Shown here: in pieces, positions 63,155-64,000 of the stretch
Layout: each line of letters begins with the position of its first letter
Numbering within the stretch: the stretch's first letter is position 1
From: Octopus vulgaris
Lineage: Eukaryota
DNA length: 64,000 bases
Direction of reading: 5' to 3'
NCBI GenBank assembly: GCA_951406725.2
Contig: OX597829.1
Coordinates: 45,632,001 to 45,696,000 of the forward strand
The notes under the pieces: generated by a model
Told to the model about the DNA's origin: nothing
The model's database searches: none
The model's input: the letters and a program-made list of their open reading frames with translations, nothing else
Position numbers and translations under genes: made by a program

Positions 63155-63519
63155 TTTGATAGTCAATACAAATCAATAAATAGTTAAATACATATGAAAT
63201 GCAATTTAGATCAAGCCATTGAAGGTAATATATCCATAATCATTTGACTTACTGGAAGCAGCAGTAGTAGTAGTAATAGTAGTAGTGGGTGTCATGTACT
63301 GTAACAGCATGTTGCTGCATCTGCCTTCCATTTGTTGGCAATTTCCTGCTATTCCTGGAAGATGATGCTTCTGCAGCACCCAGGTGGCAACCCCACAACC
63401 TATGGGTCTGTTTGGGTAGTTGTTGGTGGTGAGGATTTTATGAGGTTGGTTTGCAAACCCTACCTCGACTTCTTTTAGCCACCTTTTAGTCACAACACAC
63501 AGAGGAAACATTGGGTCCA

Positions 63520-63752
63520 TTCTTATTTCTTTACTGCCCACAAGGGGCTACACACAGAGGGGACAAACAAGGACAGGCAAACGAATTAAGTCGATTATAT
63601 CGAACCCCAGTGTATAACTGGTACTTAGTTTATGAACCCTGAAAAAATGAAAGACAAAGTTGATCCCGGCGGAATTTGAACTCAGAACATAGCGGCAGAC
63701 GAAATACCACTAGGCATTTCACCCGGTGTGCTAACATTTTTGCCAGCTCGCC
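63520..63752 (-). mobile_element. SINE family B
   Basis: Matches the 2794 copy. Confidence 0.88.
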
Positions 63753-64000
63753 ACATGTCAAGAATGGACATTGGGCCCGTTCTCGACATGCTGCCCCCCT
63801 CACACACAGCGCTAGATCAATGTGATATGAAGTGTTTTGCTCAAGAATGCAACACACCTCCTGGTCCAGGAATAGAACACACGATCCGACAATTACAAGT
63901 GCATCATGTCTGCATTAAACCTCACTTAAGCTTGCTCTACTAAATACATGATGCTGGTATGGTTGTGTGGAAAGAAGTTTGCTTTCCAAGCACATGATCC

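Overview
AT-rich eukaryotic DNA saturated with repeats. The repeat families (tRNA-derived SINEs with internal (TA/CA)n, RTE/CR1/R4 LINE ends, TTAA and hAT MITEs) point to an octopus or other coleoid genome; this is inferred, not searched. Most of the window is intronic or intergenic, and nearly all listed ORFs are microsatellite or repeat artefacts. Two phase-compatible + strand coding exons (50119-50262, 59988-60073) belong to an unidentified gene. There is also one good - strand exon candidate (29376-29465). The most notable signal is about a dozen type-I hammerhead-ribozyme-like motifs (CTGANGA...GAAA, palindromic stem III, NUH, closing stem I), spread over several unrelated short non-coding retroelements that mostly sit in (TA)n tracts. 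One is a TSD-flanked, terminally redundant 353-nt unit (59036-59486, retrozyme-like). Another is a tRNA-headed SINE with a hammerhead tail that occurs as head-to-head palindromes (17304, 42407, 50552). All structures were read by eye; none was folded or searched computationally.
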